From a virus (lineage: Duplodnaviria > Caudoviricetes), in IMG/VR virus record IMGVR_UViG_3300028048_000056, positions 64,001 through 128,000 of that record: a DNA stretch of 64,000 nucleotides; one strand, given 5' to 3'. Made by a program: the position numbers and the translations under genes. The notes under the pieces were generated by a model. That model searched no databases. It saw nothing but the letters and a program-made list of their open reading frames with translations, and had not been told where the DNA came from. Shown here piece by piece: positions 1 through 9,642 of this stretch; positions within the stretch are counted from its first letter, which is position 1, and every line of letters starts with the position of its first letter.

Positions 1-71
1 TTGGTGTCTCTGAATAATAGTATATCTCGAGATACACTATTGATTTTATCTACCGAAAGGAGAAATCTATC

Positions 72-2333
72 ATGGTAAATGTGAACAAGAACATAGTGCC
101 AGATAAGCAGGCAGATGTTCAGTCTACGACAAAGCAGCGTCGCCCTCGCAACACAGAGCTGAATAGTTCTAAGAGTGTAACTTCTGCTATCGCCGGCGTA
201 AGTCTGGCAAATATTCGCAAGCTCAACTGTTCAAGAGAATCTGTGCTTCAGGAACTTCATCGTTGGCTTAGCGAAGATGAAGCAAAAGACTATCTTGAAG
301 CTTTCGAGAACGAGACTGGTGCTCAGGTTGTGCGTATCGCATCTCCTGAAGAGGCTGCTATGGACGGTGATTTCTGGGCTGTCAAGGACGGTAAGGAGCA
401 GCTCTGGTATCGCACAGACGGTAAGTGGTACACGAAAGACGACCTGGACGGCTCCTGTGGTGAGACAGACGCAGATTCTAGCCTCAACTGCGAAGCTGGT
501 TCCGCCAAGGTTTCTGGCACGGTAACTATCTATAATGATTTTGCCGACCTCGATAATGATACCACAGAGCGTCTGCTCAGAAGCAGAATCGAGAAAGCCG
601 TTCCTGGTGCTAAGGTTGACTTCGAGAAGGTTAACGACACTGACGTTAAGGTAAACATCGACTGCCCTGATGCTGATGCAGAGAAGGCACGCCTGGCAGT
701 AGAGTCGTCAGATGTAACTAAGTCTGTCGATTGGGAATCTGCAACCGAGGAGCTCGACTCATCTAAAGACGCTGATAAGTCGACAGAAGGCACTAATCTG
801 AATTCTTCGGCTGAACCTGAAGGAGATACTGACGGCGGTGAGTCTGTAGCTGAAGGTGTCGATGCCTCTGACATCAAGATTACCACAGAGTCCGGTAACG
901 AAGTGTCGATGCAGGATATTAAGATTGTTCAGAACCCTGACACCAATGAACTGGCAATCTTTATTCCGGAAGATGAGGACGAGACTATCCCTGAAGGATT
1001 CAGCGTAATCGGTATGGTTGTACCTGACACGCTTGGTTCTGCACCTGCCATTGAGGGCGGTGACGTTTGCCCTGAGTGTGGACAGGACCCTTGCGTATGC
1101 GAAGAAGGCAGCGAAGACGAAGGAGAACTCGACTCGTCTAGAAAAAAGAGTGAGCTGAACTGCTCCAGCAGCTCTGGGCTTCTTGAAGTCGCTACTGAGT
1201 ATTATGAGGATGAGCACGATGCACTCGTAGACATTCTTCAGTCAGTTGATAACCTCGGCTATGGTGATGCTGTTTACGAACAGCTCATAAAGAATTACGG
1301 CTATGAAGGAACCGATGCTCAGCAGGCTGACGAGGCTCTAATCAAGATGGCAAGTGAAGACGCAGATGAGCATGACTTTCTGGTTAGCCTTATTCAGGCC
1401 ATCGAAGACCTCGGCTACGGTAAGCAGGTATACACAGACGTGCTCGGAATCGGCGGAGACATTAACAGCTCAGTAAACAGCTCACTCGGTGGTGGTGACG
1501 ACAGACAGGACGCTACAAGTCAGGTAACCGTACCTAAGAGCTTTCCTGATGATAAGGTTCATGACCTGTACAGATGGGTAGAAAACGAACTGCTGCACGA
1601 AGGCATCGACGTTGATGTTTACGGCGTAAGCAGACCGTCAGCCAGCACAATCAGCTTTGAATTCGAGGTAACCGGCAGAGACCCGTCCGAGGTTGATGCT
1701 ATCATCGAAGACCGTGTTAAAGAGTTCATCGCTAACGGTAACAACGCAATCCAGTATCCAGAAGGTGACCCTCGCCACGAGTTGAACAGTGATAAGCAGG
1801 AGAAAAATCTGAACTGTACTGTCGAGAACGCTCGCGTTGAGCCTACCGAGCAAGGCACCTGGGTTGTTAAGGCAGATACAGACCGATTTGGAAAGGATGC
1901 TATTCTGTATGAGCATTACTCTGAGGAAGGCGCGAACAAATATCTGGACCGCTTGAAGGCAGGCGGTGATGCTGTAGCTAACGGCTACGATGGTCACATT
2001 GACCCCAAGAAGGTCGACCTCGATTCTGGAGACGGCACGGCAGAAGCTAAGCTGGATAAGGCGTCCATTTCCAAAGCAATGGCTAAAGTCCTTCTTGAGG
2101 ATAAAGATACACCGCTTGTCTTTATCAAGCTGAAAGACGGAGCCCAAGCATACCTTCAGCCTGCAGGCTACGAAGACAATCAGCTGGTTGCAGACGGAAA
2201 CTTTGATGAGGCTAAAGTCTATGTCGCAATGTACGACAAGAACTACAAACCCATCATGGTGAACGACCGAGAGGATAACAAGATGAGTGGTGCTGAGGTC
2301 GTCGACTACATCAAGCGTAATCTCGGTATGTAA
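72..2333 (+). CDS. Large acidic modular protein; putative prohead scaffold/internal-head polyprotein
   Basis: 753 aa, D/E-rich, RBS GAAAGGAG; about 12 [LIV]-[ND]-[SC] motifs separating small domains; internal duplication (EHDALVDILQSVDNLGYG / EHDFLVSLIQAIEDLGYG); CPECGQDPCVC motif. Confidence 0.55.
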   Translation: MVNVNKNIVPDKQADVQSTTKQRRPRNTELNSSKSVTSAIAGVSLANIRKLNCSRESVLQELHRWLSEDEAKDYLEAFENETGAQVVRIASPEEAAMDGDFWAVKDGKEQLWYRTDGKWYTKDDLDGSCGETDADSSLNCEAGSAKVSGTVTIYNDFADLDNDTTERLLRSRIEKAVPGAKVDFEKVNDTDVKVNIDCPDADAEKARLAVESSDVTKSVDWESATEELDSSKDADKSTEGTNLNSSAEPEGDTDGGESVAEGVDASDIKITTESGNEVSMQDIKIVQNPDTNELAIFIPEDEDETIPEGFSVIGMVVPDTLGSAPAIEGGDVCPECGQDPCVCEEGSEDEGELDSSRKKSELNCSSSSGLLEVATEYYEDEHDALVDILQSVDNLGYGDAVYEQLIKNYGYEGTDAQQADEALIKMASEDADEHDFLVSLIQAIEDLGYGKQVYTDVLGIGGDINSSVNSSLGGGDDRQDATSQVTVPKSFPDDKVHDLYRWVENELLHEGIDVDVYGVSRPSASTISFEFEVTGRDPSEVDAIIEDRVKEFIANGNNAIQYPEGDPRHELNSDKQEKNLNCTVENARVEPTEQGTWVVKADTDRFGKDAILYEHYSEEGANKYLDRLKAGGDAVANGYDGHIDPKKVDLDSGDGTAEAKLDKASISKAMAKVLLEDKDTPLVFIKLKDGAQAYLQPAGYEDNQLVADGNFDEAKVYVAMYDKNYKPIMVNDREDNKMSGAEVVDYIKRNLGM

Positions 2334-2350
2334 CCAGGAGGTGGAGCTCT

Positions 2351-2680
2351 ATGCTACGTATTCCAATCAAGGGTGATAGGTCTCTGAACTCCACCTTCGA
2401 GAATCATGAACACTCTGAAAAGTCTAAAGAAAAGATTTCTGAAGGAACTCTTGAGTATCATGTTCAGAGGCTTGAAGACGGTGTGGTAAAGGAAACCTAC
2501 CACGATATGTGGGATGCTGTCGAGTGGGTTAAAAACCACAGAAAAACTCGTGCTAAAGACGAGAGCATCTATAAAAGAATTCAGTTCGCTGTCTACGGTT
2601 GCGACGGTACCAAGTCGGCATACGGTTACGAGTGGAAACTTGACCAGATACCTGGTAAGGACCTTAAGGAGGAAGACTGA
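2351..2680 (+). CDS. NUMOD3/NUMOD1-like DNA-binding protein without nuclease domain
   Basis: HEHSEKSKEKISEG (NUMOD3-like) and KSAYGYEWK (NUMOD1/HTH-like); RBS AGGAGGT; N-terminal SLNS motif. Confidence 0.55.
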   Translation: MLRIPIKGDRSLNSTFENHEHSEKSKEKISEGTLEYHVQRLEDGVVKETYHDMWDAVEWVKNHRKTRAKDESIYKRIQFAVYGCDGTKSAYGYEWKLDQIPGKDLKEED

Positions 2681-3375
2681 TGCAGCCGCTGATGCGGAAT
2701 TCACTTCAGAAGGATAAGATACGGACTAAACTAAGGTGGATGAGCCGAGAAAGGTTCTCCACCTTAACCCCGTATGAGAAATACCGTCGACATATTCTGA
2801 GTGTCAGAAATGAAGTATATCGGCAACGATTTCTTGGAATCACCGACCTAAGCCATCAATACGACATCTCTAAATGGGATTTCAGTAATGAGCCCGACAT
2901 TCCCTCTCGTCTGGGTTGTAAGAATGAGCATTGGAAGATGTACAAGGACGCTGATAAAGAAGCGATGCGGCGTATAACTAATCGACCGATAGGACGGTAT
3001 ACACCGTGGGGTAATCTAAGGCAGATATATCCGACATTCGAAGCAGCCGCAGAATGGGTGTTGTGGTATTTCCAAGACCACATATCTGATGTTCAAGGAG
3101 CACGCCCTCCTAAGAGTAAAGAAAGAATTGAGCGTAGAATACGACAATGTTGCTTACATTGGATGGACGTAGCGCCTGATGACCAGTTTGCTTTTGATTA
3201 TTTCTGGGAAGATGAAATATATAATATGGGTAACATACCGTCGGTAGCTCGCCCATATGATTTTGTCTGGAAGTACCTGACATTTGAGGAAGCAACCACT
3301 ATCAATTACGGTGACCTAGAGTCACTTGACTATACAGGAAGTAGGGGGCGAGATTGTGCTAAGACTAAACTGTAG
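2680..3375 (+). CDS. Hypothetical protein with NUMOD1-like DNA-binding segment
   Basis: RPIGRYTPWGNLRQIYPTFEAAAEWV...IRQCC...YDFVWKY; TGATG coupling to previous gene. Confidence 0.45.
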   Translation: MQPLMRNSLQKDKIRTKLRWMSRERFSTLTPYEKYRRHILSVRNEVYRQRFLGITDLSHQYDISKWDFSNEPDIPSRLGCKNEHWKMYKDADKEAMRRITNRPIGRYTPWGNLRQIYPTFEAAAEWVLWYFQDHISDVQGARPPKSKERIERRIRQCCLHWMDVAPDDQFAFDYFWEDEIYNMGNIPSVARPYDFVWKYLTFEEATTINYGDLESLDYTGSRGRDCAKTKL

Positions 3376-3715
3376 AGCTGTTTCACAAGCTAACCCATTC
3401 ACAGATAAGCACGAAGGTGCTGAGCGAGAAAAGCAAAAGATGTGGACAGGTTTCCAGTCGTCTAATATAGACGGCATGGCCTACAAAGTTGAAAAAGAAC
3501 AGCTGTGGGTTCGTTTCAAAGATGGGTCTGTATACACCTATTTCGACGTTCCTCTAAACATTGCTAAGGGTTTATACAAAGCTGGGTCGAAAGGAAAATA
3601 CTTCTGGAAAAAGATTCGTAATAATCCTAGATATCAGTATCAAAGATTATCTGCGTCTCTCCGACATCAGCTTGACAATTATGCAGGTCTCCGAGAAGAC
3701 CTAGGAGGTGAGTGA
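3356..3715 (+). CDS. KTSC domain protein
   Basis: SSNIDGMAY...LWVRFKDGSVYTYFDVP...AGSKGKYFWKKIR matches the KTSC pattern; GTG start after GGGGG RBS. Confidence 0.8.
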   Translation: MLRLNCRAVSQANPFTDKHEGAEREKQKMWTGFQSSNIDGMAYKVEKEQLWVRFKDGSVYTYFDVPLNIAKGLYKAGSKGKYFWKKIRNNPRYQYQRLSASLRHQLDNYAGLREDLGGE

Positions 3716-4124
3716 ATTGAGGAAATTCAGAATTAACTCTGGAGCGAGTGTCATGCCTAGCAAATTTGAAAATCCAGTAGATGAGGAATTTCTCAATGAT
3801 GTTAGCAATATCATTACGCTTGAAGACGGTACTTCACTTGATTTGAGCCGAGCTCGACTATTGTATAATCCGAATACACATCAGGTGCAGCTGACAGATG
3901 CCGAAGCCAACCCCAAGGACTTCGTTCAACTTGCTACGCTCACCATTACCAAAGATAAGCCTGAGGTGAACAACGATGAGTCATTCGAGGAACCGACCGA
4001 AGAGGGAACAGAAGAAGAAGAAGCTCTCGGCGAAGGCGCGGGAGAAGCAGTTGTGCGAGATACAGGAGACGTCGATGAAGAAATGCCAGCAGATGGAGAT
4101 GATTCCGGTGAGTTCTTCCAGTGA
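3708..4124 (+). CDS. Acidic hypothetical protein (putative internal head protein)
   Basis: RBS AGGAGG; N-terminal RINSG; core resembles a module of ORF 72..2333; acidic tail. Confidence 0.6.
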   Translation: MSELRKFRINSGASVMPSKFENPVDEEFLNDVSNIITLEDGTSLDLSRARLLYNPNTHQVQLTDAEANPKDFVQLATLTITKDKPEVNNDESFEEPTEEGTEEEEALGEGAGEAVVRDTGDVDEEMPADGDDSGEFFQ

Positions 4125-4185
4125 CCACATGGTTACACCCGCTAGATTAGCAATTCTTCGTAGATATTTTAAGATAGACTAAGAG

Positions 4186-4216
4186 TAGGTCGGTTCAGCT
4201 GAACCGACCTATTTCT
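4186..4216 (+). terminator. Intrinsic terminator
   Basis: Perfect 26-bp palindrome TAGGTCGGTTCAGCTGAACCGACCTA followed by TTTCT. Confidence 0.7.
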
Positions 4217-4228
4217 ATATCACGAACT

Positions 4229-4286
4229 GCTTATATGCACGGTGAGCATATAATACAGTATACACCGTATACCACTGCATTTAAGC
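4229..4286. repeat. 58-bp inverted-repeat element, copy 1
   Basis: GCTTATATGC-N38-GCATTTAAGC. Confidence 0.85.
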
Positions 4287-4316
4287 AAAACCGTACAAGA
4301 AACAGGAGGTTAGTAT

Positions 4317-5519
4317 ATGCTATTCAAGGTCAGTCAGATATCACCAACGGTAGAGTTGGTATTCGCCGATGCTGAGCGATTTATTAACGTCTACCCGAGT
4401 TATCATCAGAATGGAGATTTAATCTACGCTAATGTCAATCCCGCAGCGTGGACTTTAGTAGGAACTGAATACAGATGGGAGACCACTTTCGTAGGTATCA
4501 CGGACATGACAGTACCGGTAATTCAGCTAATATACTCATACAATGCTACTCAAGCACAGAGACAGCAGCAATATGAAGCATTTAAGTCCATAACATCCGT
4601 CGAAACTGTTGAAAACAAGTTGTATCTACGAGCACCGATACGACCAAGCATTCCCTTCCGTATAAGATATCGTCGACTAGATAGGATGGATTTGGCAATA
4701 TCACTAAACCGATATCTAGGTATTGGTTTAGGTGTAGATGCACACCATGACAGTCTTGACGTATCTATGACCGCTATGAATCCGCTAACCGGTCAGTCAT
4801 TACCACTCACTACCACGCTTCAAGAAGCAGGTATAGGGTATGCAGGCGTACTGTCTTCTGATATGTTCGCTCGGATTCTTAAACTCGAGGACACCTACAA
4901 CAAGACGCTAACCCAACCTTATCGAATTGAGGGGTATGCTTCCGCCATTGCTGCTACGCCAGTCACAACCTACTACGCAGACATTGCAGCAGTTCAAGCT
5001 GTTGCCTCCGGTACCTGGTACAAGGAATGCGCACTATACAGCATAACAGATGCTGCTGACTTTGACACTGCGGTACACCTATTTTACCAACAGCAAGCTA
5101 CGTTGCTTGATTTAACACATATTTACACTGGCAACGTAGAATCCTTTAGTTATGCGTTAGCTGCTAACGTGTTGCTACAAGATATCAAAGGACTACAATT
5201 ACTTGATACACATAAAGCTACTGACATCAGCTATATGTTCGCTGATGATTCTGCCCTAGAATCTATCGATTTAGGTGTTTGTGACCTCAGGAACGTTCTG
5301 AATGTTGAAGGACTGTTCAAAGGCTGCACCGGGTTACAATACCTAGACGTTTGCAGTATAGACTTTACTAAGAAAGACGGTCAAGGAACTGCTCTGATTG
5401 AGCAGCCAGATGTGTTCACAGGAGTCCCTAATTCTTGTGAAATTTGGGTAGGCGGTCAAGCGCAACGAGATGCTATAATTGCTGTCTACCCGAATCTAAC
5501 CGGCATCACTTATAATTGA
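4317..5519 (+). CDS. Putative tail fibre/receptor-binding protein with BspA/DUF285-like LRR C-terminus
   Basis: DISYMFADDSALESIDL..NVEGLFKGCTGLQYLDV repeats; AGVLSS motif; N-terminal segment like Bacillota phage fibre domains. Confidence 0.55.
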   Translation: MLFKVSQISPTVELVFADAERFINVYPSYHQNGDLIYANVNPAAWTLVGTEYRWETTFVGITDMTVPVIQLIYSYNATQAQRQQQYEAFKSITSVETVENKLYLRAPIRPSIPFRIRYRRLDRMDLAISLNRYLGIGLGVDAHHDSLDVSMTAMNPLTGQSLPLTTTLQEAGIGYAGVLSSDMFARILKLEDTYNKTLTQPYRIEGYASAIAATPVTTYYADIAAVQAVASGTWYKECALYSITDAADFDTAVHLFYQQQATLLDLTHIYTGNVESFSYALAANVLLQDIKGLQLLDTHKATDISYMFADDSALESIDLGVCDLRNVLNVEGLFKGCTGLQYLDVCSIDFTKKDGQGTALIEQPDVFTGVPNSCEIWVGGQAQRDAIIAVYPNLTGITYN

Positions 5520-5550
5520 TTTATTTTCATATATTAGAATGAATAGTATA

Positions 5551-5582
5551 ACTTCGATGTCCACAGGTAAGTTTGTTATAAT
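5551..5582 (+). promoter_or_regulatory. ACTTCG-N20-TATAAT promoter
   Basis: Member of the 13-copy motif family; upstream of ORF 5615. Confidence 0.75.
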
Positions 5583-5614
5583 AAAGATATAATCAAAAGC
5601 GAGGTGCTAGCATA

Positions 5615-5791
5615 ATGAAAACAGTCGAGCAGCTGATTAAATCTTTTGAAGCAAAAGCCGCCATGGATAACTGCTCAATCGTGTCGCGAGATGACCTGCT
5701 AACAGCGGTTATGTATCTAAAAACTGTCACAGGTGATTCTGAGGTCAAGATTTCCCTCAACGCGGACCGAGTACCTTCTGAGTCTAAGTAA
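5615..5791 (+). CDS. Small hypothetical protein (58 aa, not in ORF track)
   Basis: RBS GAGGTG; MKTVEQLIKSFEAKAAMDNC...PSESK. Confidence 0.65.
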   Translation: MKTVEQLIKSFEAKAAMDNCSIVSRDDLLTAVMYLKTVTGDSEVKISLNADRVPSESK

Positions 5792-5829
5792 TCGATGTGC
5801 TATTCAGATATTTCTGAAAGGAGGATTCC

Positions 5830-6252
5830 ATGAAGAATGTTCTGTATGGTGTTGATGAGAACACCGGTGCTCAAATCGATGTAACCGACATAGCTGTCTT
5901 GAATACAGTCGTAGCTCAGGTGTCTGATGCCGACGGTAATATCTACCCAGGTGACCAGGTTACATTGATAACTGACAGAGATTTTCTGTATGTGCCTGAC
6001 CTTGACCAGTCACTTTCGGTAGGTGACCAGATTTACCTTGACAACCAGTCACACCAACGCTGGGAGGTAAAGAAGGGATGGTACTCGGTTGACGACAACC
6101 CTGCGATATACGGATATTATCTATCCTCTATTCCTGCAGGCAAGACGAGAAGCTTATTCCTGAAAGACTTCAATTCGTTGACGTTCGTCACACCGAAAAC
6201 GCAATTTACGCTACCGACACTTCTAACGGAGGAGGACACAGACAATGGTTAA
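5830..6252 (+). CDS. Hypothetical protein
   Basis: RBS AAAGGAGG; 140 aa. Confidence 0.7.
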   Translation: MKNVLYGVDENTGAQIDVTDIAVLNTVVAQVSDADGNIYPGDQVTLITDRDFLYVPDLDQSLSVGDQIYLDNQSHQRWEVKKGWYSVDDNPAIYGYYLSSIPAGKTRSLFLKDFNSLTFVTPKTQFTLPTLLTEEDTDNG

Positions 6253-6484
6253 AATACCTGTAAACAGCTCGCTACACCCGCTTGCTGGTAAATCTGTAGC
6301 TGAAATGACCGCACTGCTCAATAATAGATACAGCAGCGTCCAGGAGATGAACGGTGCCTTTATCGTTTCCTCAGAGCAAGGTCCTATTCTTATCTCATGG
6401 GATGCTTCCCACAATGATTGGGTAGGTCAACCCTTCCAGTTTACCGGTGGTGCTCACTTCCTGAACGAAGACGGCACCTATTAA
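6245..6484 (+). CDS. Small hypothetical protein with N-terminal VNSS motif
   Basis: RBS GGAGG; MVKIPVNSSL. Confidence 0.65.
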   Translation: MVKIPVNSSLHPLAGKSVAEMTALLNNRYSSVQEMNGAFIVSSEQGPILISWDASHNDWVGQPFQFTGGAHFLNEDGTY

Positions 6485-6496
6485 GGAGACGATGTT

Positions 6497-7126
6497 ATGG
6501 ACGAACTGATGCCGAAGTATTATGCTATCGATAATTGGAGACAAGCTACCAACTGCGTTAGCAATGTTGACAAATCCCTCAAGATACGATATACCCAATT
6601 TGTAAACTCCGACCTATTGGAAGGAGCACGAATTCAGGTTGTTCATCCTGAGTACGGTGTTGTGTTCGCTGCTATGACCGCCGCTTCTGGTTCAGAAGTG
6701 AACTATGATGCTGACGCATTTCTAGACACGCCTACTATTCTGAAGGGACTGCGACAGTGGGGATTCGACATTCGATTTAAGACAAATCCTGTGATTAACC
6801 AAGCAACACTTGAGTACCTCAAGGCTGCGTTGGCACTGGGTTACACCACTGTGCGTTGGGCTGTCAAGAAGCATAAGGTTCAGATAGACAATACCTGCTT
6901 CAGAGGTAACTGCCGAAAGCACGGCTGTGCTGAGAGATATACGCATGTCGTTGTCTTATTCGACGAGAATAAATGCCCTGAACTGCTTAGACAATACCCA
7001 CCTCCGATTAAGAATTTCGGTGGTGATATCATGGAAGTAGACATGGCTAAGAACACAGCACTTGATTTTACCTGGCTTAATTTGCCAATGAATATTCAGA
7101 GCATCTTGGATGCTCAACCACAGTGA
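6497..7126 (+). CDS. Hypothetical protein
   Basis: RBS AAGGAG; 209 aa. Confidence 0.7.
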   Translation: MDELMPKYYAIDNWRQATNCVSNVDKSLKIRYTQFVNSDLLEGARIQVVHPEYGVVFAAMTAASGSEVNYDADAFLDTPTILKGLRQWGFDIRFKTNPVINQATLEYLKAALALGYTTVRWAVKKHKVQIDNTCFRGNCRKHGCAERYTHVVVLFDENKCPELLRQYPPPIKNFGGDIMEVDMAKNTALDFTWLNLPMNIQSILDAQPQ

Positions 7127-7140
7127 AAGGAGGACTTCGT

Positions 7141-7617
7141 ATGTTCGGAAAAATTCTAAAACTCGACTGCGCACGACAGAACCGAGTTAATCCGAATGGC
7201 TTCATGGAGCTATTTACACAAGAGTCTCAGACGAAAATTAAGCAGATGGACGCTAAGGCACCTGCTACGTTCAACAGCCTGAATTCAAGTGTATGCCCTA
7301 ACTTCCATGAGCCAGTACCCGTAAGACAAACTCTGTATCCTTCCTACTTCGACGCTACCATGCTTCGTACTCTGTATTACAACATCAGAATTCATGGTGA
7401 CCTTCCTAAGATGACTCGTGTATTTATCAACAAGGACCAGTCTGTTGTATTCGAGTTCGAGGATAGCGTAAAGAAGGAAACCGCAGAGAGGCTGCACGAG
7501 ATTCTTAAGAGTCTAGGACGTGTCGAGTTTACAAATCCGGAAATCTCTGGCAAGCGTGTGGGATTCGACATTGAAACAGATTCCTATACAGAACCGAGGA
7601 GTGATGTTGATGAGTAA
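7141..7617 (+). CDS. Hypothetical protein with LDC/LNSS motifs
   Basis: RBS AAAGGAGG before ATG 7141. Confidence 0.65.
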   Translation: MFGKILKLDCARQNRVNPNGFMELFTQESQTKIKQMDAKAPATFNSLNSSVCPNFHEPVPVRQTLYPSYFDATMLRTLYYNIRIHGDLPKMTRVFINKDQSVVFEFEDSVKKETAERLHEILKSLGRVEFTNPEISGKRVGFDIETDSYTEPRSDVDE

Positions 7618-8182
7618 TCCGAAGTATGAAGCAACCGTAAAGAACTATGCTGACGTATTCAACTATGGAACTGGTCAACCAATCGAGCTGCCAAAGTCGG
7701 ACGAATCCTATCAAGGATTGCAGGCATGGGTTGAGCGGAACAATCAGCTCATCTATCATCTGCTAATCAGCGATACCGAAGCTATCAGGGCTATTCAGCC
7801 TGGTACAAGACTAAAGCTCATTCAGCAGTTGAAAGAACGAAACAAAGAGTTACGCTTGCTCCGCTTCAATCGGATTACCGACAAGCTCACCAATAAGCTG
7901 GAGTATGCAATCGACGCACTCATGCAGTCGGATGTAGACCATGACGCTCAGTATATTCCGATGTATACTCAACTACTCATGTCACTCCAGCAGGCAACCA
8001 AAAACATCGATATACCCGTCGATGTGCAGGACGCTATCATATTCGACACGATTGAAGACGCTAACGATACAGAACTTTCTGCTAAGGAGCGCCAGAACAT
8101 TCGTGATGCTGCAAAGGAGTTCAGGAAACTATGTACGAGTACCTCGACCGATTTACAGAAGGATGGAGCTCAGACGACCTAA
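7604..8182 (+). CDS. Helical hypothetical protein (possible terminase small subunit)
   Basis: RBS GAGGAG; coiled-coil character; upstream of terL; function is positional inference only. Confidence 0.4.
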   Translation: MLMSNPKYEATVKNYADVFNYGTGQPIELPKSDESYQGLQAWVERNNQLIYHLLISDTEAIRAIQPGTRLKLIQQLKERNKELRLLRFNRITDKLTNKLEYAIDALMQSDVDHDAQYIPMYTQLLMSLQQATKNIDIPVDVQDAIIFDTIEDANDTELSAKERQNIRDAAKEFRKLCTSTSTDLQKDGAQTT

Positions 8183-8499
8183 TCGAAATCCTCGGCTCAC
8201 TGCCTGATGAATATAAATTAGACGTTTCAGCTTGGGCACCGGTGATTGCTTGCGTGGGGGTTAAGGGATTTACTCGACTTTGTGCGGTATTTCCAAATCA
8301 ACCGGTGAAGTTCCCGTCTATGTTCGAGCTCCTTGCGGTGTTCGCTGCGAAGGAAATTGTGCTAAAGATGAGAACAATGTCAAGAACAGATGCTACAAAA
8401 GAAGTATTAGGTACACTTCAACTCAAGGAGGTGGACAGGATTGTCGACCGATTACTCACTTCTACGGACACTCCTGCAAATGACCAGGACAAGGGCTGA
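8131..8499 (+). CDS. Possible Mor/C-family transcription activator-like protein
   Basis: VIACVGVKGFTRLCAVFPNQPVKFPS resembles the Mor IG-x-E..KL...FGG..IYIP pattern. Confidence 0.35.
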   Translation: MYEYLDRFTEGWSSDDLIEILGSLPDEYKLDVSAWAPVIACVGVKGFTRLCAVFPNQPVKFPSMFELLAVFAAKEIVLKMRTMSRTDATKEVLGTLQLKEVDRIVDRLLTSTDTPANDQDKG

Positions 8500-8567
8500 T
8501 GTTACCGAAGACTACATCACAGAGTGCACCAGATATCTAAGCACTCGAACTGAAGGAGGGTCTGAGG

Positions 8568-8894
8568 ATGATTATAGGAATATCCAGCATAGATTGGATA
8601 GGGCAATTGCCGATAAACGTCCTAAATGAATATTTCAACTATATCGATAAACTCATTGTCACCGTAGACGATTCTGAGGAAGAATGGGACTATGACGACA
8701 GAGTTTATTATCGACATATGTCGTATGCTGCGCTGAAACAGCTGATGAACTTCTGGGGTTGTTGCAAGGCATATCCTAGAAAAGTTCTTTGGTCTAATCA
8801 CTTTGCTGTTCAGGAAATACCAGCAGGTATGACGCCAGATGATTTAAAGCGGAGGTGGTTAGATGAACTACGAGCAAAAGGATTGGTACAATGA
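8568..8894 (+). CDS. Hypothetical protein
   Basis: RBS GAAGGAGG; 108 aa. Confidence 0.6.
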   Translation: MIIGISSIDWIGQLPINVLNEYFNYIDKLIVTVDDSEEEWDYDDRVYYRHMSYAALKQLMNFWGCCKAYPRKVLWSNHFAVQEIPAGMTPDDLKRRWLDELRAKGLVQ

Positions 8895-9198
8895 GCTATA
8901 CCGCATCTTTTCCTGTAATGACAGTCTGATTACGCAGACTCAGGCGGTTAAGATAGGACAATGCTTGAGAGCTCTTGCAGCTGGTGAAAATATCACATAT
9001 AAGCTGGAAGATTTGTACCACGCATTTCGCGGCAACAAGAAAATCTGTGGCCCGCTGGAAAACTATATGCATCAGTACATCGACAACATCAAGGAAGATG
9101 CTGTTGAACAAAGTCAACCCAAAATAGATGAGGAGGAAACCGACTATGGTAATTTATCCGAGCAAGGCACCGGAGACTACAGCAACCCCAACGCCTAA
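8863..9198 (+). CDS. Hypothetical protein
   Basis: RBS GGAGGTG; 111 aa. Confidence 0.6.
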   Translation: MNYEQKDWYNELYRIFSCNDSLITQTQAVKIGQCLRALAAGENITYKLEDLYHAFRGNKKICGPLENYMHQYIDNIKEDAVEQSQPKIDEEETDYGNLSEQGTGDYSNPNA

Positions 9199-9442
9199 GC
9201 AAAGCCTGAACAGCTCTGTTGGTGTTGATAGAGAACTTCTTCTTTCAATCTCCCAGGACCTAACAAATCACGCACAGAGTCTCGCTGCTTCTATCGAGGC
9301 TCGTCTAGAAACACCGATGGCTGAAACCTCAGCTGAATCTCAGGAAAATACCCAGCAGCTGCTCGACTGGGTTGCTGACTTATACGCAATCGGTGCTGAC
9401 ATTCAGGCTTATCTTAACCCTGAGGTGGCAGACAATACATGA
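9146..9442 (+). CDS. Small acidic protein with SLNSS motif
   Basis: RBS GAGGAGG before ATG 9146. Confidence 0.6.
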   Translation: MVIYPSKAPETTATPTPKQSLNSSVGVDRELLLSISQDLTNHAQSLAASIEARLETPMAETSAESQENTQQLLDWVADLYAIGADIQAYLNPEVADNT

Positions 9443-9642
9443 TAACGAAACAGGAACGCAAGGAAGCTGAAAAGGCTGCTCGTTCGCTGTATCAAGATGT
9501 GCTGAAAGTGGAAGTAAAGGAGGACCCAGACAACGAGTCCTCCTTGCTCCTTACCATCACTCGTGGTCGAGTTATGCCAACTGTTCGCATAGATAGAAAA
9601 GCGGTGACTCCAAAACCAATATTTCCTAAGAAAGGGGAATGA
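9439..9642 (+). CDS. Small hypothetical protein
   Basis: ATGA overlaps at both ends; RBS GAGGTGG. Confidence 0.6.
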   Translation: MITKQERKEAEKAARSLYQDVLKVEVKEDPDNESSLLLTITRGRVMPTVRIDRKAVTPKPIFPKKGE

